64,000 nucleotides of DNA from Chloroflexota bacterium (GTDB taxonomy: Bacteria; Chloroflexota; UBA11872; VXOZ01), in NCBI GenBank assembly GCA_965221905.1, contig OZ244922.1:3392001-3456000 (forward strand), in the 5' to 3' direction. Of the stretch, positions 1 to 10,460 are shown one piece after another. A program made the translations under genes and the position numbers. Position 1 is the stretch's first letter; every line of letters starts with the position of its first letter. The notes beneath the pieces were generated by a model. That model did not search any database and was not told the DNA's origin. It saw only the letters and a list, made by a program, of their open reading frames with translations.

Positions 1-18
1 GAAAACTCGGACTTTCAC
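1..18 (-). CDS. 5' fragment of probable DUF4276/TOPRIM-like partner of the AAA ATPase (runs off window)
   Basis: GTG overlaps the ATPase stop (GTGA) and reads MKVRVF; such ATPases are commonly followed by DUF4276. Confidence 0.4.
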
Positions 19-1334
19 CAAAGGTTCCCTCCGAGTTGTCCCCGCGTCCAAAGTTCGCCAAGACGGTATTTCTCCAGCCAGACTTGGAGGTCGTCTGCAT
101 CAAGGCGCCGCAGTTGTGTCGCCCCATCGACCCTTTCACAAATCACCACTGCCTCAGGTGTTTCAGAAAGTGCATCCACGAGGACGTCGGAATGGGTCGT
201 GACGACAATCTGACTGCGCTCAGATGCTTCGACTAGCAGTTTCGCCAAACCAGGTATTACATCAGGGTGTAGGCCCATTTCCGGTTCTTCGATACAGACA
301 ATTGGCGGTGGCTCTGGGTGACACAGTACAGCAAGTAAGCAAAGATACCTAAGTGTACCATCGGACATTCGTGTTGCTGGCACTGTTTCGTGCAGGTCTC
401 TCTCATGAAGGGACACTTGTACTAACCCGCCTCGCACGACAGAGACAATGTCTCTTACCGTAGGACAGAAATCCTGCAAGTGCATCAGGATTGTCTCTTT
501 TGTGCGCGGACGGTCCAGTAGATCGCTCAAGACCACTGCAAGATTGGAAGCATCCTCAGCCAGGAAGTCCTGAGGTAGGTCGGCGGGCTGCGGCTGCCGT
601 GGCCGCGCATTGTGACCGAGCTGAAACTCTCGATACAAGCGTATACGCTCAAATTGCTTAGCTAAGTGCGTCAACTCGGGGTATGACCTTGGATCCCTTC
701 TCTGGGACAAGATGGACTGGTCGTGCCTTACATCTTCCACCCGCACCAGGCCTTGTTCAGCTAGGTCCTCATACCTTCCGTCTATCGTCCTTGGAAGAGA
801 TTGTCGTTCTTCCTTGGGCCGTTGTTCATTGTCGTCATTCTCGGAATCGTTATCTTCGGTATCGACGTGGACTTTTATGGCTGGATAGCCGCCCCGATAG
901 CTGTAATGGCAAGGGGTGACTTGACTCTCTGGCCACCACACCGGTGTGTGGGCCTCTTCGTCTCTTAAGTCAAACCGTGCTCTGACCTCGGAAAAGGACA
1001 GCCAGTACTTTAGTGGACTAGGCCTTGCAGGCATGACTACTGGGCCGCCGAAGGCTACTTCCGGGTATTCGACCAGAACTTCGATGGTTGCAGTTGGTGG
1101 GTATTGGGTACCCTTCCAAAGCCACTCATGGACACCTCCTGTCTCATGGAATGGAGACTGAAGATCCCGGGGTGCTGCGTGAAGTAAAGACAACGCCTCA
1201 ATGAGGTTCGACTTTCCAGAAGCGTTCGGTCCTACCAACACATTCAGTGGTTCTAGTTTGAACGAGGAGGAGTCCGGGCCGTAGGAGAGGATATTCTCCA
1301 GACGAATTGAATACAAGAACCTTCTGCCGTTCAT
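15..1334 (-). CDS. AAA_21/SMC-like ABC ATPase
   Basis: Walker A GPNASGKS, signature MSDGT, Walker B/D-loop IEEPEMGLHP, H-loop TTHS. Confidence 0.9.
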   Translation of the reverse strand: MNGRRFLYSIRLENILSYGPDSSSFKLEPLNVLVGPNASGKSNLIEALSLLHAAPRDLQSPFHETGGVHEWLWKGTQYPPTATIEVLVEYPEVAFGGPVVMPARPSPLKYWLSFSEVRARFDLRDEEAHTPVWWPESQVTPCHYSYRGGYPAIKVHVDTEDNDSENDDNEQRPKEERQSLPRTIDGRYEDLAEQGLVRVEDVRHDQSILSQRRDPRSYPELTHLAKQFERIRLYREFQLGHNARPRQPQPADLPQDFLAEDASNLAVVLSDLLDRPRTKETILMHLQDFCPTVRDIVSVVRGGLVQVSLHERDLHETVPATRMSDGTLRYLCLLAVLCHPEPPPIVCIEEPEMGLHPDVIPGLAKLLVEASERSQIVVTTHSDVLVDALSETPEAVVICERVDGATQLRRLDADDLQVWLEKYRLGELWTRGQLGGNLW

Positions 1335-1727
1335 GTGGTTAGCCTTTGCTTATTCATCGATATGAACGACCCCAAATGGAGTACTGAATTCTGGCAATAG
1401 AATTGCTATCCTATTCGCTCATCTAATGGAACAGTGCCATGTGCCCTATGTCAAGAGGAGGCGATTCACTTCAGGATGTGAATTGCAGTGAAAGTGCAAT
1501 TGAACAGCTCTTGCCGGGTAGGTAGATAGACTCGAAGCTGCATTTCCTTTGTTTTGCCATCTTTTGACTACGGGATTTCAACCTACGGACGCAAATCGAC
1601 TAAAGCGGTTCAAGCCGTTTGGTAGAATTGTACTTGTGAATACGAGATCGTGCCTCTAACTGCAATTTGGCAGTTAGTCTCAAAAAAACAAGCGTATCAA
1701 ACGAATATTTGAGGAGGATATAATCCC

Positions 1728-2735
1728 ATGGCAGTGCAACAGGATCCGATTAGGTTTGGCATTATCGGTTTAGGAGTGGGCAAGTCGCGGGTTAAGCAGG
1801 CGGCGAACACGGCAGGGGCGCAGTTGGTGGCAGTTTGCGATTTGCAGGAATCGCTCGCCACGGCGCAGGCGGCGGAATACGGCTGCGACTGGCACACCGA
1901 CCACCGCGCGTTGCTGGAGCGGCAGGACATCGACGCGGTAGGCATCTTCACGCCCAGCGGCACCCATGGCGACCTCGCTATCGAAAGCCTCCAGGCGGGC
2001 AAGCACACCTTTACGACCAAGCCCATGGACGTCACCACAGCGAAGATAGACCAAGTGCTTGCCGCCGCGGAGGAGAGCGGCCGCTTGCTGGCCGTGGACT
2101 TCCAACGCCGTTATGAGCTGACCACGCGCCTGATTAAGCAGGCAATAGACGCGGGCAGGATCGGCCGCCCGATATTTGGCGACTTCCGGCTGAAGTGGTA
2201 CCGCGCCGACAGTTACTTTGCCGGAGGGAATCCGCCCGGGTGGCGCGGCACCTGGAAATACGACGGCGGCGGCTCGGCGGCAAACCAGGGCATTCACGGC
2301 ATCGACCAGACTCTTTGGTTCATGGGGCCGGTGCAGAGCGTGCGTGCGCGCATCAATATCTTTAACCATGACATTGAGACCGAAGACGCCTTGGAGGCAC
2401 TGGTTACCTATGCGTCCGGCGCGTGGGGCATCATTCAGACAACGACAACCGTCTACGGTGGCCTAGGGCACGAGCATGAGATTCACGGCACCGACGGCAC
2501 CATCCAGATGCGGCAAGAGGGTATCACAACGTGGGAATTTCTCGACAGCCCTGACGGCGGCATGCCCGACCCCGCAGAGCTTCCGCCCGGCCCCAAGAAC
2601 ATCATCGAAGATATGATCCAAGCGTTAGTAGACGGCAAGCCGACGGCGTGCACCGGCCCGGAAGGCCGCAGATCCGTTGAGTTGCTGGAAGCCATGTACA
2701 CCTCGGCGCGCGAGGACCGCGAAGTTACGCTCTAG
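1728..2735 (+). CDS. Gfo/Idh/MocA family NAD(P) oxidoreductase
   Basis: GIIGLG Rossmann motif, GKH..TKP, GGG..NQGIH; RBS GAGGAGG. Confidence 0.9.
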   Translation: MAVQQDPIRFGIIGLGVGKSRVKQAANTAGAQLVAVCDLQESLATAQAAEYGCDWHTDHRALLERQDIDAVGIFTPSGTHGDLAIESLQAGKHTFTTKPMDVTTAKIDQVLAAAEESGRLLAVDFQRRYELTTRLIKQAIDAGRIGRPIFGDFRLKWYRADSYFAGGNPPGWRGTWKYDGGGSAANQGIHGIDQTLWFMGPVQSVRARINIFNHDIETEDALEALVTYASGAWGIIQTTTTVYGGLGHEHEIHGTDGTIQMRQEGITTWEFLDSPDGGMPDPAELPPGPKNIIEDMIQALVDGKPTACTGPEGRRSVELLEAMYTSAREDREVTL

Positions 2736-2891
2736 AGTGGCCTCGGGATTTTTCGTGGTCTGCTCGGATTCCAAGGCGCGCAATATGCGGGCGCGCCTTG
2801 CGCACCATTAGCCATAGATCTGCCGTATGGCAGGCAACGTGGTACCATTGCCGCTAAGAAATAGACTTCGGCAGTCAAGGATTTGTGATCT

Positions 2892-3728
2892 ATGGCATTC
2901 CGTTATGCGTTCTGCAATGAAGCCTTCACGGACTGGGATTTTGCGCGCATCTGCGATTACTTGGCGGAGCACGGGTATCAGGGCGTCGAGGCGGCGCCGT
3001 TTACGTTTGAACAGTCGGTCTTCGACATTTCCGCAGAGCAGCGGGCGTCTGCACGTCAGGCGGCAGCGAACGCCGGACTGGAAATCGTGGGGCTGCACTG
3101 GCTTCTCGTCGGGCCCGATGGTCTGCATCTCACGCACCCCGATTCGGCCGTGAGGCAAAGGACTGCTGACTACCTGCGGGGGCTCATTGCTTTCGGCCAC
3201 GACCTAAATTCTCCCTACCTCGTCTTCGGCTCACCCAACCAGCGCAACTTGCCGGAGGGCGTGAGCTTCGAGCAGGGCATGGGGTATGCCACGGAAGTAT
3301 TCCAGAGCGTCTGCGACGAAGCGCAACAGGCCGGTACCATCATTGCCATCGAACCGTTGGCGCCGCCGCTGTGCCAGTTCATCACCACCGCGGCGGAAGG
3401 CGCGGACCTCGTGCGCCGGGTCAACCACCCGAACTTCAAGCTGCACCTCGACGTGAAGGCGATGGAGACAGCGGAAGCTGAGCCATCTGCCGACATCATC
3501 CGGGCCCACGTGGACGAGTTCCCCCACTTTCACGCCAACGACTTCAATCTAAAAGCGCCCGGCTTCGGCGATACCGACTTTGTTCCCATCATGCGCGCCT
3601 TGCACGAAACCGGCTACGACGGCTACGTCTCTATCGAGATTTTCGAGTTCGAGCCGCACGCGGAAGTACAAGCACGCGACGGCATTCGCCATCTTCGTGA
3701 GTGCGCGGCGCAGATCGGGGGCGACTAA
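2892..3728 (+). CDS. Sugar phosphate isomerase/epimerase (TIM barrel, tagatose/psicose 3-epimerase-like)
   Basis: IEP, LDVKAM, HFHAND, SIE metal-ligand motifs. Confidence 0.85.
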   Translation: MAFRYAFCNEAFTDWDFARICDYLAEHGYQGVEAAPFTFEQSVFDISAEQRASARQAAANAGLEIVGLHWLLVGPDGLHLTHPDSAVRQRTADYLRGLIAFGHDLNSPYLVFGSPNQRNLPEGVSFEQGMGYATEVFQSVCDEAQQAGTIIAIEPLAPPLCQFITTAAEGADLVRRVNHPNFKLHLDVKAMETAEAEPSADIIRAHVDEFPHFHANDFNLKAPGFGDTDFVPIMRALHETGYDGYVSIEIFEFEPHAEVQARDGIRHLRECAAQIGGD

Positions 3729-3792
3729 CCTGCCACGCCGCTGCCTCTGGATTGCGCTGTGCTTTTCAAAGCGTTGGCTCGCTGGATCTAGA

Positions 3793-3815
3793 CGCAGGTT
3801 ACAAACCTGCGCTAC
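3793..3815. repeat. REP-like palindrome family D (GTAGCGCAGGTTTGCAACCTGCG); other copies ~36521, ~46445, ~48943, ~49119
   Basis: Recurrent intergenic hairpin with GTAG foot. Confidence 0.75.
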
Positions 3816-3896
3816 CGGATGCCAAAGTACACTTTCTAATGGGCAAGTCAACCGCCATCCATGGTTGCTCGCCAGCGCTTGGCTTATGTCCCAAAC

Positions 3897-4709
3897 CTAC
3901 GCTTCGAGAGCCCCTTCCAGATAGCAGCGAAAGGCCTCCGGCGTGAAGACCAGCGCATTGATCTCCATTGAAGGCAGGCGGTAGGGGTCGGAATCGCGTG
4001 TGATGTAGCGCGCGGCGTGAGGCGGGCCGCCGTCCGCTTCGTCCGTTCCAGGCACACCAACGAGGTCCGCGTAGCGGGTTTTCTTGCCGTCAACCTGGTA
4101 CTCCGCACCGACGATCCATAAGCGCCCAAAGCGGTAACGCGCCTTTACTTCGCGCTCGGCGCTGCTGCTCCAGCTCGTGCCGGTGAAGGCAAAGTCCTGC
4201 GGCGTGATGCCGAGATGCTCCTTGATCGTAGCGTCGCACTGCTCGAGTTCGGCACGCAGCTTCTCGCCGGTGGGGTCTTCCTGGCTGAGCTGCGAGAGGT
4301 TGGGGTGCGTGACCGTGTGCGCGCCTATCTGCCAACCGGCCGCGGCCAGTTCGCCGGCCTCTTCCCAGAGCAAGAACTGCCGCTCGGCAAAGTCCGGCAC
4401 GCCCGTACGGTACATGTCATCCATCAAGCCGGTGTTGATGAAGAGGTTCGCCGTGTACCCGTAGCGCTGGAGCACCGGCAAGACCTCGTGGCGCATGGAC
4501 TTCATGGGATGGTCGAAGTCGAACATGATCGGCCGCTCCGGCAGACTGCCGTCCTGCCACATCCATGCTGCTAAGTCGTCGTAGCTGATGGACTGGAAAC
4601 CCAGTTCGCGGGCTATCGCAACGAGTCGGGCGAAGTGTTCCTGCGTCAGCGGGTTGCGCTTACCCGGTATCTGGTCGGTGCCGTGCGACATCGTAATCGG
4701 TATCTTCAC
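3897..4709 (-). CDS. Polysaccharide deacetylase (NodB-like)
   Basis: FDFD, GAHTVTHP motifs. Confidence 0.8.
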   Translation of the reverse strand: MKIPITMSHGTDQIPGKRNPLTQEHFARLVAIARELGFQSISYDDLAAWMWQDGSLPERPIMFDFDHPMKSMRHEVLPVLQRYGYTANLFINTGLMDDMYRTGVPDFAERQFLLWEEAGELAAAGWQIGAHTVTHPNLSQLSQEDPTGEKLRAELEQCDATIKEHLGITPQDFAFTGTSWSSSAEREVKARYRFGRLWIVGAEYQVDGKKTRYADLVGVPGTDEADGGPPHAARYITRDSDPYRLPSMEINALVFTPEAFRCYLEGALEA

Positions 4710-4774
4710 GGGTCCGATCTCCTCGGCTCCTAAAGTTTACGTCTCCGTTCAGTGTACCGGAGAAGTCGGAGACA

Positions 4775-5745
4775 CCGTTCGTGCTGAGCCCGTCGAAGTA
4801 CGAGTGAAGGGGTGAGAATTGCGGAGTTCCCGTTCACCTTTCGACAAGCTCAAGGCGAACGGTGTGGTTGGCGTTTTGTGAGGCTCCAGGCGAACGGTGA
4901 GGATGGCTTTTTGTGATGCTCCGGTCGAACGGTTGAGTGAGGGGGCATTGCGACGCTGAATGCAAACTTTCGTGTGGTGAAGTGGCCGCGGCTCCGTTCG
5001 TGCTGAGCCTGTCGAAGCACGGGCGAATGGGTGCGAGTTGTGGAGTTCCCGTTCACCTTTCGACAGGCTCAAGGCGAACGGGAAGGTTGGTGTATCGTGA
5101 GGCTCAAGGCGAACGGTGAGGATGGCGCTTTTTGATGCTCCGGTCGAACGGTTGAGTGGGGGCATTGCGACGCTGAATGCGAACTTTCGTGTGGTGAAGA
5201 GGCCGTCGCTCCGTTCGTGCTGAGCCTGTCGAAGTACGAGCGAAAGGGTGCGAATTGCGGAGTTTCCGTCCACCTTTCGACAAGCTCAAGGCGAACGGAA
5301 AGGTTGGTGTATCGTGAGGCTCCAGGCGAACGGTAAGTATGGGACTTTGTGAGGCTCAAGGCGAACGGTGAGGATGGCGCTTTTTGATGCTCTGGTCGAA
5401 CGGTTGAGTGGGGGCATTGCGACGCTGAATGCTAACTTTCGTGTGGTGAAGAGGCCGCGGCTCCGTTCGTGCTGAGCCTGTCGAAGCACGGGCGAATGGG
5501 TGCGAGTTGTGGAGTTCCCGTTCACCTTTCGACAAGCTCAAGGCGAACGGTAAGGTTGGCGTTTTGTGAGGCCCCAGCGAACGGTAAGTATGGGACTTTG
5601 TGAGGCTCAAGGCGAACGGTGAGGATGCGCTTTGTGATGCTCCGGTCGAACGGTTTAGCGGGGGGCATTGCGAGGCTGAATGCGAAATTTCGTGTGGTGA
5701 AGAGGCCGTGGCTCCGTTCGTGCTGAGCCTGTCGAAGTATGAACG
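4775..5745. repeat. Tandem composite REP array (BIME-like), ~4 units of 217-252 bp
   Basis: CCGTTCGTGCTGAGCC recurs at 4775, 4994, 5211, 5463, 5714 with conserved intervening sequence. Confidence 0.9.
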
Positions 5746-5961
5746 TGATTAGTACCCGTCAGGAGTGGGACCGGCCCCTTTTCGCGGGCGGATGCCATCG
5801 TGCGCAAGGCCTCCTCGCCGATGAACCCCAGGGGTTGTGCGGCATCATGATTTCTCAGTAGCGTGCCTTCCCCTTTCCTTGCCAATGGGTCGCAGCGCCG
5901 CACAGTGTATAATCACTTCTAATTGAGCAGAAGCAGCGTTCATGAAGAGAAGGACCACGTT

Positions 5962-7122
5962 ATGCCAATAAAGAAACTCATAGTTCATGCAGGGAATCAC
6001 GACCGCAATGAGTGCCCGGTTTGGGCAGCAGCCGACGGGCTGGACGCCGGGGCAAGCTACGTTGTGCGCGACGACACCGGCGCTGAATTGCCCGCGCAGG
6101 TTGTGCCGTCCGCCTCCGGCGCGCATCTGGTGTGGGTAGTGCCTGCCCTGGCGGCGGGTGCTTCGCGCATCTACTCCGTGCAGGAAGGATCGGCGGCAGG
6201 CGGTGTGTCGGTTACCGACGGCGAGCACGGTATCGATGTCAGTTTCGGCGGCGCACTCTTCACCACCTATCGGTATGCGTCGCCGGTGGTGAAGCCGTAT
6301 CTTTACCCCGTGATCGGGCCTACCGGCGAGGGCATGACACGCAATTATCCTATGATCCCGGATGTGCCGGGCGAGAAACACGATCACCCGCACCATAAGT
6401 CCATCTACGTCTCGCACGGTGAAGTGAGCGGCGCCGACGTGTGGAGCGAAACTCCCGGCCACGGCTTCCAGCGGCACCTGGAGTTCTTGCCGGCCTACGG
6501 CAATTGCGGTGGGCACGTCAGCGGTCCGGTGCTGGGCGCCATTCGCTCAACCAACGATTGGGTCGGGTCCGATGAGCAGAAAGTGGTGGAAGACGAGCGG
6601 CGGTTCACTTTCTATCCCTTGGCTTCCGGCGCGCGGTTGATTGACGTGGAAATCACGTTCCGCGCCACGGCGGGTCCGGTGCACTTCGCCGACACGAAAG
6701 AAGGCGGCATCCTCTCGCTGCGCGTGGCAACCAGCATGGACGCCTCCGGTGACGGTCGCATGGAGAACGCTGTTGGCGGCATAGGCGAAGCGGAGTGTTG
6801 GGGCAAGCGGGCCCAGTGGCTTGACTATACCGGCCCGGTGGAGGGACAGACAGTGGGTTTCGCCGTCTACGACCACCCAACCAGCTTTCGCCACCCCACC
6901 TACTGGCACGCGCGAAACTACGGCCTCTTTACCGCCAACCCGTTCGGACTGCACGACTACTACGCCAATCCTGGTGTGGACGGCAGCCATGTGCTACCCG
7001 AGGGCGGCCTGCTGCGTTTCAAGTACCGCATCTACGTCCACGCCGGGGATACGGCCTCCGCCCAGGTCGCGCAGCGATATCATGACTACATCACCCCGCC
7101 GGAGGTTACTGAGGCGGAGTAG
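5962..7122 (+). CDS. DUF6807/PmoA-like family protein
   Basis: KPYLYPV.GP, DHPHH, DTKEGG, WHARNYGL motifs; ATG at 5962 after AAGGA. Confidence 0.75.
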   Translation: MPIKKLIVHAGNHDRNECPVWAAADGLDAGASYVVRDDTGAELPAQVVPSASGAHLVWVVPALAAGASRIYSVQEGSAAGGVSVTDGEHGIDVSFGGALFTTYRYASPVVKPYLYPVIGPTGEGMTRNYPMIPDVPGEKHDHPHHKSIYVSHGEVSGADVWSETPGHGFQRHLEFLPAYGNCGGHVSGPVLGAIRSTNDWVGSDEQKVVEDERRFTFYPLASGARLIDVEITFRATAGPVHFADTKEGGILSLRVATSMDASGDGRMENAVGGIGEAECWGKRAQWLDYTGPVEGQTVGFAVYDHPTSFRHPTYWHARNYGLFTANPFGLHDYYANPGVDGSHVLPEGGLLRFKYRIYVHAGDTASAQVAQRYHDYITPPEVTEAE

Positions 7123-7359
7123 GTCGGAAGTCGTATGGGTCTCATGCGAAAACTCTGCAGGCTTCTCACAAGTGTGGGCGCTGCCGCAACTGTCAGCCGC
7201 TTGCGCTGATAGTTGCCGCGTTGTGGTTCTTAGGTGGGTTGATTAAGAGCGAGTGGTAGGGGAGCTTCCAGGAGACTGTCCGCCGTACACGCCCTGCTAA
7301 TTGGCGCTCAATTTTCGTGGTTGGCAACCAATTGGACCGTGTGGGTCTGAAGTGGGTAG

Positions 7360-8670
7360 ATGAGAATACCAGTGCTTACACTCTTACGGCGAGCCGATAT
7401 TGTCGCTGTCTTTGCGCACCGTAGCTATCGCTACCTGGCTGCCGCATACATCATCAGTATCGTGGGCGACGCGGTTTACTTTGTTGCCGTTCCCTGGCAT
7501 GTGCTTAACGAACAGGGACTTGGCGAGTCCTTAAGTTTTGGCTCGGCCGCAAGTCTTGTGCTAACAGCGGCCACGATTCCGATCCTCATCATGCCGCCGT
7601 TGGCTGGTGTGCTGGCAGACCGCATGGACCGCAAGTTTCTCATGCTCTTTTCGCACGTGGTGCGGATGTTGATATTGGCAGTGCTCATCATACTGGGGCA
7701 CGTGGGGGAACTGAATACGCTGGTCCTTGCTGTAGCCGCGTTCTTGCTCACGGCAGCCGGACAGCTATTCTACCCGGCTCGCGCGGCTATGCTGCCGAAT
7801 CTGTTGCCGAGGAATGAACTGGTAGCAGGAAACGCGGCGATGGCGGCAGGATTTCAACCTATTGACATTGCCGAAAGAGCCGCAGTGGGATTCCTCATCG
7901 CCGCTGTGGGAGGGCTGAATGCTCTTGGTGTCGCTCTCGTCATGTACGGCCTCGCAGCGTGGTTGCTTAGCAGAATTGAAGCGCCTGAGCAAATCGGAAA
8001 CCAGAGCATGGCCGGCAAGGATGCCAAGCCGCACGCATGGCCGCTTGAGATGGTGAAAGTCGGGACTCGCGACCTGGCATACTCGGTGTACTTCTTAGTT
8101 AGACACCCTCTACTTCGTGCGATTGCCATTGCCGGGCTGACGCTCAGTGCGTTGCAAAGTACCGCAATTCTCATAGCGATTCATATGTATTTCAGGGATG
8201 TCCTAAGCGAGGGACCGGAGTCGGTGGGTACGTTTACTGCGATTAAGTCGGTCGGGATGCTTCTTGCTTTGCTTGCGGTGCCGTGGCTTGCAAGACGATT
8301 CGGCGACGGCAAGATTAGTTTACTTGCGCTATCAGCCATGGGTGTGCTTGTCGGTGGGTTGGCCGGTGTGGGGCAGCTTTGGCAAGGTTTAGCTGTTGCA
8401 GCCCTTATGGGTGTCCTGACCGCCGGGATGTTACCCCTTGGGAGTATCGTGCAAGCGGAGACTCCCGATCACCTGCGTGGGAGAGTGGTAGCAGTTCTTG
8501 CCACGATCAACATTTTGGTTGCGATCTGCTTCGCGCTATTGTTTTCGGCTCTCATTGAATTTACGGGGCCAAGGTTCATCCTCCTCGCTACTGGAACCGT
8601 GATTGTTCTTTCAGGCGTTGCGCTCCTGAAAGTGAAAGAGGTTCGGCTGGCGCGCCTCGCCACGCTCTAG
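7360..8670 (+). CDS. MFS transporter (MefA/DHA3-like)
   Basis: ~12 TM segments, GVLADRMDRK motif A, TPDHLRGRV. Confidence 0.85.
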   Translation: MRIPVLTLLRRADIVAVFAHRSYRYLAAAYIISIVGDAVYFVAVPWHVLNEQGLGESLSFGSAASLVLTAATIPILIMPPLAGVLADRMDRKFLMLFSHVVRMLILAVLIILGHVGELNTLVLAVAAFLLTAAGQLFYPARAAMLPNLLPRNELVAGNAAMAAGFQPIDIAERAAVGFLIAAVGGLNALGVALVMYGLAAWLLSRIEAPEQIGNQSMAGKDAKPHAWPLEMVKVGTRDLAYSVYFLVRHPLLRAIAIAGLTLSALQSTAILIAIHMYFRDVLSEGPESVGTFTAIKSVGMLLALLAVPWLARRFGDGKISLLALSAMGVLVGGLAGVGQLWQGLAVAALMGVLTAGMLPLGSIVQAETPDHLRGRVVAVLATINILVAICFALLFSALIEFTGPRFILLATGTVIVLSGVALLKVKEVRLARLATL

Positions 8671-8853
8671 CAAGCGCACAGCGCAACCAATCAAGGCGGA
8701 CCTCTCACTACTAGTGGCGAATGTGAAGGTTGTTTCGCTGAGCGCTATGGACTTGGCACACCACTTTGTCGCAGCAACTTCTACGCAGCGCTGTCTTGAT
8801 AACTGGCTGGGCAGTCGTGGGCATGTGTACCTCGTGGTAGCGCCCGGAAGCAA

Positions 8854-10344
8854 CTAATCTGTTGCCCAGGACCGCGCGCGTTCGACGGCGCGTTGCCAGG
8901 TGGTGTAGCGCGATTCTCGCTCGTCGGCGCTGATTTGGGGTTCGTAGCGCCGGGCAACGCGCCACTGCGCCGCTACGGCGGCAGCGTCCGGCCAAAAGCC
9001 CACGCCAAGCCCGGCCAGATACGCCGCGCCGAGCGCTGTGGTCTCCGCAACTGCGGGTACCACCACCGGGATGCCGAGCAGATCGGCTTGGGTCTGCATC
9101 AGAAGCGCATTTGCCACCGCGCCGCCGTCCGCCCGGAGTTCTTGCAGCGCAACGCCCGATTCCTGCTGCATCGTCTCTACCACGTCGCGTGCCTGCAACG
9201 CTATTGCTTCCAGGGTGGCGCGGACCACATGGGCTTTGGTCGAGCCCAGCGTCAAGCCAAGAATGGCGCCGCGTGCCTGTGGGTCCCAGTAGGGCGTGCC
9301 CAAACCGGTGAACGCGGGCACCACGACCACACCGCCCGAATCGGGGACCTGACGGGCAAGCGTTTCGCTCTCCGCTGCCGTGGCGATGACGCCTAGCTTG
9401 TCCCGCAACCACTGTACGGCGGCGCCTGCCACGAAAACCGATCCTTCCAACGCATAGGCGGGGCCTTTCGGCGACGCCGCCACCGTGGTGAGCAAACCGG
9501 CGTGTGACGCCGTAGCCTGAGCGCCGGTGTGCGAAAGCAGGAAGCAGCCGGTGCCGTAGGTGTTCTTGGCGTGACCGGGCTCCCAGCAGGTTTGGCCGAA
9601 CAGCGCCGCTTGCTGATCGCCCGCGATTCCGGCAATCGGAACGGCGGCGCCAAACACCGCCGGATCAGTGTTTTCTATAACCCCTGATGAGGGCACCACT
9701 CGCGGTAAGGCCTCCCGTGGGATGCCAAAGAGCGCGAGCAGGTCGTCGTCCCAGGCGTGCGCGTGGATGTCGTAGAGCATGGTGCGTGAGGCGTTGGTGG
9801 CGTCGGTCACATGCTGGGCGTGTCCCGTGAGCTTAGCGATGAGCCAGGCGTCTACGGTGCCCAGGCAGAGGTCGTCCTGGGCGGCAAGCTCCCTGGCGCG
9901 CGGGACGTTCCGCAAAATCCACTCGAACTTCGGGCCTGAGAAGTAGGCGTCCAGCACCAGGCCGGTTTTCTGCCTTACTGTATCGGCCAGGCCCCGCGCC
10001 TCTAGTTCTTGGCAGCGGGCCGCTGTACGGCGGCACTGCCAGACAATGGCGTTACAGAGCGGCTCGCCGGTCGAGCGTTGCCAGGCAACAGCAGTCTCCC
10101 GTTGATTGGCGATCCCAAGCGCCACAATCTGAACGGGCGCAACACCGGACTTTTCTAGCAACGCCTGGATAGAATCGCGCTGAGTATTCCAAATAGCGTT
10201 GGGGTCGTGTTCCACCCAGCCTGCTTGCGGGTATATTTGCGGTAATTCCCGGCCGGCGCTCGCGACGATCTGCCCGGCGGCGTCAAAGAGAATAGCCCGC
10301 GAGGAAGTGGTGCCCTGGTCGAGGGCGAGAATGTAATTACTCAC
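8854..10344 (-). CDS. glpK: Glycerol kinase
   Basis: LDQGTTSSRA, NQRET, DAYFSG, GDQQAALFGQ, KNTYGTG; GTG start chosen at 10344. Confidence 0.95.
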   Translation of the reverse strand: MSNYILALDQGTTSSRAILFDAAGQIVASAGRELPQIYPQAGWVEHDPNAIWNTQRDSIQALLEKSGVAPVQIVALGIANQRETAVAWQRSTGEPLCNAIVWQCRRTAARCQELEARGLADTVRQKTGLVLDAYFSGPKFEWILRNVPRARELAAQDDLCLGTVDAWLIAKLTGHAQHVTDATNASRTMLYDIHAHAWDDDLLALFGIPREALPRVVPSSGVIENTDPAVFGAAVPIAGIAGDQQAALFGQTCWEPGHAKNTYGTGCFLLSHTGAQATASHAGLLTTVAASPKGPAYALEGSVFVAGAAVQWLRDKLGVIATAAESETLARQVPDSGGVVVVPAFTGLGTPYWDPQARGAILGLTLGSTKAHVVRATLEAIALQARDVVETMQQESGVALQELRADGGAVANALLMQTQADLLGIPVVVPAVAETTALGAAYLAGLGVGFWPDAAAVAAQWRVARRYEPQISADERESRYTTWQRAVERARSWATD

Positions 10345-10387
10345 TGTATCCCCACTCCCGCTCCGGGCACCAAAGCGCTTCCTCCCA

Positions 10388-10412
10388 TCATTCCGGCGCA
10401 AGCCGGAATCCA
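10388..10412. repeat. REP-like palindrome family B (GTCATTCCCGCGAAAGCGGGAATCCA); other copies ~11745, 15664, 15828, 27524, 43262, 47293, 48984, 49160, 61795, 62458
   Basis: Recurrent intergenic hairpin; some copies have a nested CCCCGTACTTGATACGGGG hairpin in the loop. Confidence 0.85.
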
Positions 10413-10460
10413 GCAAAGCTGGAGATGTATGAGGAAACGCTTCTTAGGCAGGCGCACAGA

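Noticed and set aside
4749-5903. ORFs within repeat arrays (also 41473-42260 and 51932-52332)
   Set aside because: Translations of REP sequence (FALSLSK, LRQAQ, STGSARTE)
10345-10416. N-terminal extension of GlpK (MLDSGLRRNDG)
   Set aside because: Read-through of a family B REP; GlpK homology starts at GTG 10344
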